DNA from: Geosiphon pyriformis uo1
Taxonomy: Eukaryota > Fungi > Glomeromycota
Length of the DNA: 64,000 nt
Direction of reading: 5' to 3'
NCBI GenBank assembly: GCA_016748015.1
Contig: JAAOMT010000441.1
Span: 248,001-312,000, forward strand
Below the pieces are notes generated by a model. The model was not told where the DNA came from. It worked only from the letters and a program-made list of their open reading frames with translations, and searched no databases. This document shows positions 14,535 to 27,109 of the stretch, piece after piece; position 1 is the first letter of the stretch; every line of letters starts with the position of its first letter. Both the position numbers and the translations under genes were made by a program.

Positions 14535-17500
14535 TTAGATTTGTCTCATTCGTGACAACTTGTCAGTATTTCTGTTGTTTTTTTTTTTATAATGTACTGT
14601 ATACTTGAATAGTAAAAGTTTTATTTTCCATCTGGCATAATGATCATCTCCAAATTTTTGTTTTTGGATTGATGTCAATTCTTTGTGATTGGTATATATG
14701 TTGAATTTCTGGCTTAAGTATTCCTTCCATTTCATGACTGCTCAATAGATGGCTAAGTGTTCTAGTACTGAAGTTCCATAATTCTTCTCTGCTGGACTCA
14801 AACTTTGGCTGACATATGTAACTGGATGTTCTTGTCCATTCAGTCTTTTTTGTGATAGTACAGCTCCCAATGCTTGACCTGATGTATCAGTGGTGATAAT
14901 GAATGGCTTGTTGTGATCTAGATATATCAATACTAGAGCTTAAATAAGCTTTCTTCTTAATATGTCAAAAGCTTTTTGCTAGTTTTCCGTCCATTCATAC
15001 TTGGTGTTCTTTGATTGAAACTGGTGTAATAGCTGAGCCAGTTTAGAAAAGTTTTTAATAAAGCAGTAATAGTATTCAACAAATTCCAAAAATGCTCTTA
15101 GTTCTGTCAAGTTGGTTGGTACTAAAAAGTTCTTGACTATTTCAGTCTTGTTTAAATTCGTTTTAATGCTGTTTTTGCTTACAACATGTCCTAAAAATTT
15201 GAGTTTTGTTTTTCCAAAGAAACATTTAGTTGCATTTAACTTTAGTTCGGCTCTTTTTAATCTTTCAAACACTTGCTAAAGATAATGTAGATGATCATCA
15301 AATGTTTTTGAAAATACATTGGTGTTATTTAAATAGACTACTACTGATTTCTATAGTAATTTTATATAAAAAATTTTTATGAGCTGTTGAAACATGGCTG
15401 GAGCATTCATTAAGCCAAATAGTATTACTTTAAATTCAAAGTTTTTTTCTCTTGTGGTGAATACTATCTTCTCTTTGTTAGCCAAATTCATGGCTATTTG
15501 CCAATATCTGCTATTTAGATTCAATGTTGAAAACCATTTCTTTCTACTAAAAGCATCAAATAATTTTTGAATCTATAAAGTTGGATAACTATCTTCCTAT
15601 GTTACTCTATTCAGTTTTCTGTAATCTACACAAAAGTGGATCTTTCCATTTTTTTTATAGATGAATACTACTGGTGATGATCATGGACTCATTGATGGCT
15701 GAATTAGCCCATTGTTTAGCATTTGATTTATCTCTTGTCAGATGATCTTATAACTTGCTGGTAGTATTCTGTATGTTTTTTGCTTAATTGGCATTACATT
15801 TCCAGTTTTTATCTGGTGTTAGATAATGTCAATTCTATCAAATTCATTTTCGCTGGCAAAAATGTTATTGAAATTGTTAAGTAATATCTTAAGCTGCATA
15901 CATTGTAGTGAATCTAAATTTCCTAAATTCATTTGTTCCAATTGTTTTGATTAAAGCAAATAACATTCTTCTTGTCTGTATATTGTTTGTAATATAATAT
16001 CCACATATCTACACAGTTGTGAAAAGTTTGGAATGGGATTTGGTAATTGTTTTTCAACTTCAGTGCTTAAATATCTGATGATAGTTCCTTTTGGTATCTC
16101 AAGAACATTTCTTGTTGTGTTGTAAATAGGAATTTTTATATGTTTTGGGCTTTTGGCTGGTATGTAAAGATTGGTGAGTTCAATCTTTTTTGATTCACAC
16201 TTAGCAGTTTCTGCTTCAAAAATCTGAGCTTGGTCTTTTATTTTTCTTTCTATGATTAATATGTGCTGGTTATATAGTGGAATGAAGATTGATTAATGGG
16301 TGGAGATAATTTCTCTCTTGTCAACAATTTTTTCTTCTGCCATATTAACTGGTATATTTATTCTACTTGTGAATCCGAATTCCTGTATCTTTTTAGTTGT
16401 AATCTCTAATTTTTCCTTGTTTCTTACTAATACTAATTAAGCTATTTTAACCAGAGGCAGGAATATTGCCTGTGCTATTTTTTTGTTTGGCTCTATAATA
16501 TAAGCCTTTTCTGAGTCATTTGTAGTATTGTAATAATATTTTTTACATATTCTGCATTAATTATTTCTCTTCTGATGTTGATTTCCTTTTTTACTAAACT
16601 ATTTCTAAATGCTAATTGAATTATTGTTGTTGCTGGGATTTCTAATACTACTTTGAGATTAATGCAAGTGCATAAATATGGTTCCAATTTGATGGCATCT
16701 TTTCTTAGATATTTTAGATCAAACTCTGCATTAGTATTATGTGCATGTTCTGGCATAATACTTTCATTATTATCACTGAATCATTTAAGTTTCTGCTTCT
16801 TAGTAAGATCAAGGAATGTAATGTATTGTTCAGGATTTGAATCTGAGTTTGAATCATTGTCATCACTATTGCCAATTTAAATAGAGCTGGAGCCATTGTT
16901 ATTGTTGTTGGAGTTTGAATTGGGATTGAATTATAATTCCAATTTCAATACACAGCTGCTGATTGGTTTGTCTTCCTCTGGAATCATGTAGATTATGTGT
17001 GATAGTAGATTGTAGATAAAGTCACATTCATTACAATATTGAAAGTCACATGGGATTAAGCAGTGTTGATACAGTCAAGTGTTTAACTGTTCTAAATGTT
17101 GTTCTTGCTCTTTTTTTGTTGATGCCAGGCATTGGTAGTGCTCATGAAATTTTTTGGAATCATTCTCAATGTTGCCAAAAATGTCAAACATTAAAACATA
17201 TTTGAGTTTTGGAAGAGTTATTAAATTGTTTTTAATTTCTAGCAACTTGCTGGTTGTAGCATCTTTTGTCTTTGTGCTTGCTATTCTTCAGATCTCATGT
17301 TTATCATGAGAATATTCTTCCAAATGTCACAACACTTTTTTCTATGTATTATTGATTGGAGTGCCTTTACATATCCAGTCATTGATTAGAATCGTATATT
17401 GACATGTTTTATTGTATGTTTTTCCTTTGCCAAGAATGTTGTTCCACATTCTCTTGTCAGGCAAGATAGTTTCACAGATAAGACAAGATTTGTTATCCCA

Positions 17501-20500
17501 TTTTTCTTGTCTTTTTGGTCATTTAAATTGTTCTAGAACATATAAACAGCAATAAAATTTTGTTGCCATTGCATATTTTTTATTATCACTACAGCATGTG
17601 CTTATTGATAACAATTTCTTATCACAATCAATACATATCAGTTTTGATCAGCAATAGTTAGATGATTGTGGTGAGATGTAAGTGTATGGACTATAAATAG
17701 TAGTTGGTGTTGGTTCTTCTTTTTTTTCTTTTACCTTTTTCTTATTATTATTTTCTTTCCACTCCCAATTTTGCGGTAGTTTATTATGATCACCATCATT
17801 CTATAATGTTTGGTCAGTATTCCAAGTAAGTTTTTCTTTTTGTTTTCCCTTTCCACTGTTGTTCTAAGTTAAAATTGGTGGTAATTTGTTGTGATTTTCA
17901 TTGGTCCAAAAAACTTGGTAAGCTTTCCAGATAAATTTTTCTTTTTTATTATTAAACTCAATAAGTGGTATTAGTGTATTGGTACTGAATTTAAAATGAC
18001 CATATATTGCTGATACTCACATGTATTGTTTGTTGTGACTAAGTTGCAACTTTTGGATAGTCCAGTCAAGCATCACATTTATTTTGAATAGCCAATTATT
18101 ACCAATGAGTGCTTAATATTGGATGGCTTCTATAACTAATATCTTGATTGATATGATGATGCTGTTGATTTTAATAGGTAAGTTATTTATTTTACCAATT
18201 GGAGTCTTAGTGGTTCTATCAGCTGTAATTATTTTTGCACTGACAGCTTGATTAACTTGGTGACCTAATTGGTCCATGAGTTGTTTTGTGATGATACTGC
18301 CAGCTGATCCACTATTTAGTATTAGTTTAATGGAATAGCCATCTATTTTGGCATTGGTGTACATCATAGTAATGGGTTTTTCTTCAAGTACAGCTCTACT
18401 GAACAAAGGAATTTCTGACAGTTTTTTGATTTTGAAGAGAAATATAACTGCAAGTAACTTATTTTCTATAACAGTAGTTGGTGGAATATTGTTGGCAGGT
18501 GTTTGGTTGTAGTTGGTTTCCTGGTTATTAGATGAGGCATCTTCTGGGATTACTAAAAGGCTTAAATAGTATTGAGAATTTAGGTTTTGGGTGTACCTGG
18601 TTCCTGAACTTCACTGTCGAGATCCTGATTGTTGAGTTGAAAAATTGATAATTGGTTGATAAACTACTATTACCAATCTCCAGCTTTGTTGTGTTATTCT
18701 TGGCCTTTAGATTCTATTTTGAGGTAAGTTTTGTGGTAGTGTTTGAGTTTGTTGAGGCTAATATATTACTTGTGGCTGCAGTTGATATATTATGGGTACT
18801 AAAGTCTAATATATTGGCAATTAATATATTGGTTGCTACATTATTGGTAGGTAATTCTAATAATACAGTTCTGGATTTGGTTAGTAATTTGGAGTTTAAA
18901 ACTGGTAATCAGGGTTTTGATACTGATTTCCTAATTGTTGGTTATTTAAGTGACAGTGGCAGTTGATTTGTAAATGTCTTTGTTTCTCACAATAATGACA
19001 ATTACATGTTTCTTGTTGTCACTGTTGATTAGTCAAGGATGAAAGATGTGACTGATTTTGGAAATAATTCATGTTTTCTGAATTATTGTGTTATTGTGGT
19101 GGCTAATAAATTGCATGATTGTCAGCTAAGTATTCTTTTAATTTCTGATTAATTGAATTACTGAATTGTTTCAATTTAGAATCCAGTTCAGATAATCTGT
19201 TGATCACTAAATTTATGGCTTGGACATGGTTGGCTTCGAGTTTAGCTGCTTTAAAATCTCTGACATTTGTAATGGCAGCTTAAAGATCTATTGGATGCAA
19301 TAAGCATACGTGTTAAAAGATGCTACTGCACAGGCCTTTAATGAATTAGTTTAAAATTTGTGGTGCTGTAAATAATCAGTCTGTATTGCCTGAATTTGGC
19401 ACAGAATTTTGTGAAAATGTCCCAAGTAAGTAGTGACTGCTTCAGTTTCCCCTTGCTTAATAGTAGTAAAAATATTGGCTAAATGGTTGATGCTATTATT
19501 ATTACTAAAATATTGCAGGAACACAAGCTTGAATGCATTAAAATCTTGGGATTTGTTAACCAAGCTTTGATATTATGAGTTGGCAGTATTCTGAAGAAAA
19601 TATGAAATGGCTTGCATGGTTCTGGTGTCATTCCATTTATTGGCTGTAATGGTTTTTTCAACATTGTTTAGTCACACTTGGGCATCATCTTCTTTACTTG
19701 TGAACTTTTTGAGTTTTGCTATTGGTACATAGGCCATTGAATCCAAGTTTGGTTGTTGTTGTTGTTATTGTTGAAGATATAACTGAATTTGAAATTGTGG
19801 TGATGGGTGTTGTGGTGTAGCAACTGGTGGTAAGTTGATAACAATTACTAGAGATATGTGTTGTTGATTATTAATGTCAGGATTTGGATTGTTCTGATTT
19901 TGCTGATTATTGAAGTTGAATTTGTTCTGATTTTCTTGAGTTTGAATATTTGGGGTTTCAATTTTCAGATTTCTACAATCAGATTCTGGTAATTAAATTC
20001 TTGATTGTCATCTTTTTTTTCTTTGGATTTGGTTATCTCTTAAGAATTCATGATTCTGAAATCTGGTTGAGGTAATGGTGATTGAAATCCTGATGGTATT
20101 GGGAATCATGATTTGAATCCTTTAAAGTAATTGCCATAAGTTCTCAATAATTCTGCTTTCTTTTGTTTATTTTGAAATAAAAGTTATCCAAATGTTGATG
20201 TTGTGTTTAATGCAAACATATCTACTGATGTGATATTAATGGTACTTCTGGATATGTAATAATATGAAAGATATAGTAGAGATTTAATTCTTTGTTTTTT
20301 TTATATTAGTAATTGTATTCTTTTTGAAATTGCTGCTGGTGTTTATAACTTTCTTTTACTTTTATCTGTGTAGGTAAAGGGAATTGTTGTTAAGTATATC
20401 TTTTAATTTTTTGATTAATTTCTCTGATAATTGGTGCAAAACTGTGATTTCGTGGTAAACTAGTATGTTGGATTAATTCTGTATAGAAATTTTTTCATGC

Positions 20501-20677
20501 TAATTCAATATTAACTGGTCTTCTCAAAAAATCTGTGATTTTTTTGTTGACATAAAAGTTGAAGGCTGATTCCATTAGATAATAGTTGTTGGTTAAGCCC
20601 AATTGTTGGCTGTATTGTTAAAATAAGAATTTAATGAATCTTAAATGGTTTGTTCTTATTATTTCTGATTCTGCCAC
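14535..20677 (-). pseudogene. B1 Gag-PR-Cys-rich-dUTPase-RT-RH polyprotein
   Basis: Gag (19351-19563), PR LILNSGSAGS (18113-18406), dUTPase (16493-16756), RT and RH ITTDTS (14742-15272). Confidence 0.9.
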
Positions 20678-20719
20678 TTTTAGATAATTGTTGTTGATGC
20701 TAGTTTTTTGTAGAATTAT

Positions 20720-20737
20720 ACCTCACAGAGAGCATTA
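20720..20737 (-). other. Primer binding site of B1
   Basis: acctcacagagagcatta, a decayed version of the C1 PBS, 2 nt from the LTR. Confidence 0.8.
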
Positions 20738-20739
20738 AA

Positions 20740-21597
20740 TGTTACAGGTGATTATTTGGAGTTTCAAAACAAATAACAAACTCATAACTTGGTGCTCAAT
20801 TAATATAATAATATTGATTTCTGAAGGTGTTATAGATCTGAAGATTTTGGTTGAGTTCTTTGTATAATAGACAAAGATTCACTATGGTTGGTTTTGGTTG
20901 ATTTCTCAAGTCATTTTTCCAATTTCTGTCTTCAGCATAATAGCCAGTTTAATCTGGTAGTCATGTTTTTCTAGTAAGCTATCTGTTTAATATATATAAT
21001 TTTACCCTTATTTCTGGGTTTTTTACCAGGCTATCCATAACATCAATAACTCAGTGCTTTAATCCTTAAATCAATTAGTACACAACAACAAAAGAAAAGA
21101 AAGAAAATAAAAGAAAATAAAAAAGTTAAGCCAAGACAATAAATGTTAGTATCTCGTCATAGCCATAATCAAGAACTATTGTTTTAGTATGATTAAGTAT
21201 TAATTACTATCAACATAAAATGTTGATAATAGAAAGTGGATTTGAGATAGTGAATAATTATTTATTTGATATTTGTGATGTGAAAGATTGCTTAGATAAA
21301 ATCTAAACTGAGAGGTCTGTCTTTTTTTCTTTTAATATTACTGCTATATATATATAATTAAGATTCCTCAATTCCTTAATTTTTTACACCAGGAATCCTG
21401 AAATTTTTGAAATTCTGCAATTCTTTTTGAGAAGAATCCTGGAATTCTGGAATCATGTGATTCTTCATATGAGAATCCTAAAATTCCTGGAATCCTGCAA
21501 TTCCTTTGAAAAAAATTCTGAAATTCCACATTTACTATGACTACTTCTAATTGGCTAATTTATATGCTAATATACTTTTTATATTCTATAAATAACA
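20740..21597 (-). repeat. 5' LTR of B1
   Basis: TGTTACAGG...TAACA; repeat of 11564-12422. Confidence 0.95.
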
Positions 21598-22310
21598 ATG
21601 TCTTCTGTATTTTCGTTTTTAGTAGTTTCTTTTTTTGTAAATTCAGAAATGTTTTTATTGTTATCAGAGTAATTGCTTTGGTTTTTTGCTAAAAAATCAA
21701 AAAGATTAATATTAGTGAAGATTTGTTTAAGTTGTTGTGTTGGGCTTTTTAATAATGTAAAATTTTTTGGTTTTAAGAAACAGTTAAGTAATGAATTTGG
21801 TGTTTGAACTTGAGCATGCAAAGCTGAAAAAAGTGTGATTAAAAATGGTAATTTAGAACTAGTTTCTTGTTTTGGTGTCTGCAAGTGTTGAAAGATTGTT
21901 TTTGGTGTATTAAGTGTTGTGTAAATTAGTCACATATTCTTTTGTTTATTTTTGCTGTTTGTTTTAAGTTTAAACTTAAGTTCAAGAATAAATTATAAGT
22001 TGGCAAAATACTTTTTTTCACAGAATATAATAATATTATAATCAAGTTTTTCAAAATAAGTAGCATAATTATTAGCACTAATGTTTTCTGGGTTTCTATT
22101 TGAGTAGTAAATAATATTTTTAAGAAGATTTTGTTTAACTTCTATAATATTGTAGTCTTTAAAAAAGTATTTGTTAATTTGATTTTTGATGTATTAGAAA
22201 AGTGTTTTTTTAAAAATTGTAATTCTATTTTGGATTTCAAATTGTTGTTTGCAGTGTGTATAAATTAACTGATAATACTTTAGAGTTGTTATATTTAATG
22301 CAGTCACCAC
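21598..22310 (-). pseudogene. N-terminal extension of A1 ORF1
   Basis: ORF 21579-21884 (QTPKQETSSKLP) matches A2 50678-51409. Confidence 0.85.
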
Positions 22311-22355
22311 TTTAAAATTGTTATTGCTGTATTATTTTTATATGAAAGCACTAAA

Positions 22356-22665
22356 TGTTACCAAAAGTTTTTGGTCTTTTTTATAAAATGTCATTAATAT
22401 TTGTTTGCTGTAAATTCACATTTATTGAAAGCTATTGAACCTCTAATAACTGAATTTATCTTCAAATTATCTTTAATAATTTGAACTGTTGGGCTTATAA
22501 ATAGAAAGGCCAATTTCATATTAGTTACTTTATATAGTTATGTTATAGTAAACATTAACTTTTTCTCAAAAATTGCTCATCTGAAAGCTTATTAAAATAT
22601 GTAGTTATTTTGTTAAAAAAGTCAACTTTTTTACAAAAATCTCATCTGTAGACTATCTTAATGAT
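22356..22665 (-). repeat. Truncated 5' LTR (U5 part) of A1, with decayed PBS at ~22336-22353
   Basis: Matches 3572-~3880, then similarity stops abruptly. Confidence 0.85.
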
Positions 22666-22799
22666 TTTTTTTATTATGAATTTAACAAGTATAGCCTAAC
22701 CACTATTTAGAAATTAGAATCAAACTAAGTGATCTAAGACTAAATATAGTTTACATGCTTACTATATGTAACCAGTTATTTAAGCCATTTCAGACTATA

Positions 22800-23032
22800 C
22801 TATGTTGATGCATTAGAAGAAAACTTATCCAAAGAAGACATCCTTTAAACAATTTCAAATAATATAACAGAATTATTAACCAATCTAACTAACTACTCAA
22901 CTGTTTTAAAGACATCAGCCTTTACAGCAGCAGATTTATGTTCCCAAAAAGACATCAAATTAGAAAACATATTATCATTAAAAGATAACAAACTTACATA
23001 GAAACCAAATATATCAATGTTTTCAAAATCAC
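22800..23032 (-). pseudogene. C-terminal fragment of a LINE-like ORF1
   Basis: Reading frame joins 42341 across the D1 TSD (VALKTK-CG-FENIDI). LINE ORF1 identity is from recalled similarity. Confidence 0.5.
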
Positions 23033-24129
23033 TATTATGGGTAAACTTGGTAGGTATAGGAAATGGTAACATTTGGTGCTCTCAATTATTAATGATGTGT
23101 CTTTCACATAATTCTGTTGGCTTAGTCTTGATTATCAGTCTTTAAAAATCTATTCCTGGATGTGATTTTATCTGTTGAGTTCTTTGGTTATAAAGCACAA
23201 AGTTTGTCTTTCGTCAATTGCAATGTTTTCCATAAATGTGAGCTTTCTTCTCCAAGCTAACAAACACAATCATTAGGGTCTGGTGTTGTCTTTTTGCCTT
23301 TCTGGTAACCTAACAAGATAATGTTAATATCCAAAACTTAGGGGGAGCTTCTTTCTTTTACCAGGCTATCACAAAGTCTATTCCCAAACAGTCAATTTTA
23401 CTATGTTGCCACTCCACAAAAAAAATAAGAAAGAAAAAGAAAAGAAAAAGAAAAAAAAAAAAAAGAAAAAAAAGATAAATTAGTATCATCAATTGCTATG
23501 ATTAAGAGTAATTGATCTAAATTGTTAATAGTTCGAGGTGGTTATGCTAAGAGCATCTGTTCTAGAACAAAGATACAAGACAAGGGTTAATTCATGTAAA
23601 TTCCACAAAGTTCAAGAACATGAATTTGTGATTCTGATTTCTTTAATAATTGGTTTATTTCAGAAGATAAAATAGGGAAGATAAAAAATGATGAAGGGGT
23701 ATGGATATTTGATTCTTGTCTAGAGATTCATATTTATCTGTCTGTTTTTTTAACTTTTACAACTATCTGCTTTTATACATTCTTTTGGTTTTACAGGATT
23801 GCTTTCAATTGTCTTGCTATTGCTAGTAATTGCTTTGTTATTTCTGTTATTGTTTCGTTTTTCTATGTTATCACTAGTTATCCTATGTTATAACACGTTA
23901 TCTGATATTATTACATGTTATTCTGTGTTATCCTGTATTATAATATGTTATCCTATATTATAATGCGTTATCCAACATTATTGTGCACTATTCTGTGTTA
24001 TTTTGTGTTATAACACATTATTCTATGTTATAACACGTTATCTAATATTATTGTACACTATTCTGTATTATGTTATGTTTTGGTTACATTTCTTCATAAC
24101 TTTGAATTGGTTTTTCTACTCAAGTAACA
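23033..24129 (-). repeat. 3' LTR of D1
   Basis: Repeat of 41239-42340 and inverted copy of 62686-63700. Confidence 0.93.
23876..24078. repeat. U3 tandem array of D LTR (TGTTATCC / TGTTATAACA units)
   Basis: Repeated ~10-11-bp units with TGTTATAACA palindromes; also at ~42087-42290 and ~62730-62860. Confidence 0.85.
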
Positions 24130-24204
24130 TTATCTCTCTCTTTTTAGAATTAAGCTTCTACAAAACTATATATATCTGTTATCATGGCTTTGTTTGTGTA
24201 ATGT

Positions 24205-25156
24205 TTGATTGTTTTCTAACATTTCCATTAGTTGGTACATTCTGTGATACAAGGTAGCTTTAAAATTCTCTTTAATGATTGTTTCTGTTGGATAGAACAA
24301 TATTTTTTGTTTGATAAGTAATGTAGCTTTCCTTCCATAGACTAGTTTGAATGATGTGAAGTGTGTTGTATGCAAAGAGTACTGAAGGTATAAATAAGTC
24401 TTATTCTTGTTTGTTTTCTTGACTTATTTTTGCTAGTGCTTTACAAAGTGTTTGGTTAAACTGTTCTACCAGTTTGTTAGTTTGTGGGTAATATGATGAT
24501 AATAAAGGACATTTTATACCAAACTATTGGCTTAATTTTGTTAACATATTATTGACAAAATGCATTTCTTGATCAAATAACAATTCTTTCAGACACCTAT
24601 GTCAGCAAATTAGGTTTTGATGTATGAACTTGGCTACTGTTTTGGCATTAGCCACTTGAATTGCTCTGGCTTTTGGTCATTTTGTAAGATAATCAACAGC
24701 TACAGTGATATACCAATTTCTTTTGGATATAATTGAGAAAGAACCAACCAAATTGATTCCAATTCTATCAAATGGATTTTCAACTGGAATGGAGCGAAGT
24801 GGTTCTGTTGATCTTGCTCCTCCTTTTTGCTGGCATGCATTACATTCGAAAATGTCTTTGTATATTGTTGGCCAATAGTATAAATTTAGTGTTCTTTCGA
24901 GGGTAGTATCTTTGTTAAAGTGTTCTGACATTGGATTTGAGTGCATGCTATATAGTATAGTTTTTTTTTTACTGTTCTTGATTAGTCATTGTAGAGTAAA
25001 ATGGTTTCAGCATTCTTGTCGATATAATTGGTTGTCTTGAATAAAATAATTTTGGGCTTGTTTTCATATGGTACTTTGTTTCTGTTAAGATAATATCTTC
25101 TTGAAATGTAGTGTCAATAGGTACTGATATAGTTGTTAATAAGTAAGTGTGTCTAT
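24205..25156 (-). pseudogene. Integrase ORF of D1 (3' truncated)
   Basis: MH...HF...CNAC zinc finger and GINLVG...VDYLTK in ORF 24677-24946. Confidence 0.88.
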
Positions 25157-25166
25157 AGGTCTGGGA

Positions 25167-25488
25167 TTAAGTTTGTGGCATCCTTGACAAACTGTTGGTA
25201 TTGGTGTTCTTGGATCCTTCCTTGTAATGGACTTTAAGTAAGAATTGTTGCAGATAAGTACTGCATCTTGCATATTTTCTTTCTAGTTGTGGATTGTTGA
25301 GTAATCAAATAAGTCTTTTGTGGTTGGTATATAGATCAAATAGTTGACTAAGATAATGTTTCCAAGTCTGTATGGTTCAATAAATGGCAAAACATTTCAG
25401 ATCTGTTGTGCTGTAATTTTTTTTTACTGGGCTCATGCTATAACTGGTGTAGGCAACTGGATGTTCTTTATTGTCTGGTTTTATCTGT
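25167..25488 (-). pseudogene. C-terminal RNase H part of D1 ORF1
   Basis: HPVAY...NSLSRMPQT*; joins 35715 across the C1 TSD (AVLSQIKPD). Confidence 0.85.
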
Positions 25489-26413
25489 TGTTACAGGTGA
25501 TTCTTTGGGGTGTTAAGTGAATAACAAACCTGTAACTTGGTGCTCAAGGCGATTGGTAACGATGATAATCTGAAGGTATTTTATCTGAAGGTTTTCCAAT
25601 TGAGTTCTTTGTATAATGGACAGAGATTCAATGATAACAGTTTATCAATAGTTTCCTGGCACCATAGTTTTGCTGATTGCTTACTCAGCTTGATGGTTAA
25701 TGATTCTCCTGGTATGATATCCTCTGTAAATGTATACTAGTGTGGTTTCCTGACATCAGTTCCTCTGTAAGTCCTTCAAGAATAAGTGTTGTTTAAGCAA
25801 ATTTATTCCTCCATAAGTCCTCCAAGAGTAAGTATTTTTTAGTAAGCTTTATTCCTCTGTAAGTCTTCCAAGAGTAAATCCTTTAATCAAGTTAGTAGAC
25901 AACAAAGAAAATAAAAAAAAATAAAGAGAAAATAAGAAATAAGCCAAGGTGATTTGCAAGTTAGTATCCCATCAATAGCTGTGATCAAGAGCTATTGTTC
26001 CAGTATAGTTAAGTATCAATTACTATCAACATGAAGTGTTAATAGTGGAGAATGAATTTAATATAGTGAATAATTATTTATTTGAGGATTGTGGTAACTA
26101 AGCTAAGAATTCTTGGTGTTGATTCTGTCTTTTTTGCTTTTAATACTACTGCTATATATACATATTTGAGATTCCTTAATTCCTTAATTCCTTGCAACAG
26201 GAATCCTGGAATTCCTGAAATCCTGCAATTTCTGATGAAAGAAATCCTAGAATTCTGAAATTCTGCAATTCCTTGTTGGAGAATTCTGAGATTCCTAGAA
26301 TCCTGCAATTTTTCTGAGAGAAATCTTGGAATTCCACATTTACTATGTCTATATCTGATTGGCTAATATCTACTGACTAATAATACTATATTTTCTATAT
26401 TCTATGAGTAACA
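25489..26413 (-). repeat. 3' LTR of C1
   Basis: TGTTACAGG...GAGTAACA; repeat of 34841-35714. Confidence 0.95.
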
Positions 26414-26426
26414 TTATCTTCTCCTT

Positions 26427-27086
26427 TTAATATTGAGCTCTGTCAAAATCTAATTTTTTTAATTCTCCTTCTTGAAGTATTTCCTGAATTTTGTTTTCGA
26501 GAATTACTTGTGTTATTTGAGTCTGTAATTTTTCAAATTGAGCATTGGTGATTTTTCCCAATTGATTACTGGTAATTGTATCCATTGCTTTGTTGAGTAG
26601 GATTCCTGGTCAATCTTAAAATGCTGTGTGTATTCAGTATATAGCTCGAGCTTGTGTGGATAAGTTGTTTCTCCCTACAAAATGTTCTAGTTGTTGTAGT
26701 ATTGTTGTGTCGAATAACTGCTTTGTTTTATCCATATATAAGTTCTGGATATTCATGTGTTGTCCCAAGTAAAAGTAACAATAATTTTTTGGAAATTGTT
26801 GTGTCCATCAAGTCCAAGTTTCTCTGGTAAGTTCTTGGTATAATTTGACTATTTGTTGTTCTTTTATAACCACTTTTATCTTGGTCATGATCTTGTCAAC
26901 AACATTTTCAAATTTTTTCTGTGCTTTGTTTTGTGGTATCTTTGCCATATTTTTGTAACGAATGGTTTGTTGATTGATTGTAATTTCCATCTCCTGGTGT
27001 TGAATTAATTGAAAAATTTGTTGGATTAGTGAATGGATATTGTCTGTAATTTCCATTTTTCTGATCTCTTCTGTCATGTTAACCAT
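26427..27086 (-). pseudogene. ORF3 of C1 (unknown function)
   Basis: 220 codons, same length as E1 ORF3; ORF-track fragment 26808-27113. Confidence 0.85.
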
Positions 27087-27109
27087 GTTCTTATATATTT
27101 TTTTGTCAA

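Larger units (their letters stand above)
11564..21597 (-). mobile_element. Full-length Ty3/Gypsy element B1 nested in A1
   Basis: Paired LTRs 11564-12422 and 20740-21597; perfect TSD ATGT (11560-11563 / 21598-21601); PBS and PPT present. Confidence 0.95.
3572..22665 (-). mobile_element. Ty3/Gypsy element A1 (old family A copy), interrupted by B1; 5' LTR truncated
   Basis: Reverse complement is colinear with A2 (49654-59521) over LTR, ORF3, IN, RT, dUTPase, PR and Gag. Resumes at 21598 after B1. Confidence 0.9.

Noticed and set aside
18652-18966. Hydrophobic Val/Leu-rich antisense ORFs (also 39483, 52017, 59740)
   Set aside because: Shadows of Gln/Asn/Thr-rich gag codons; not conserved between copies.
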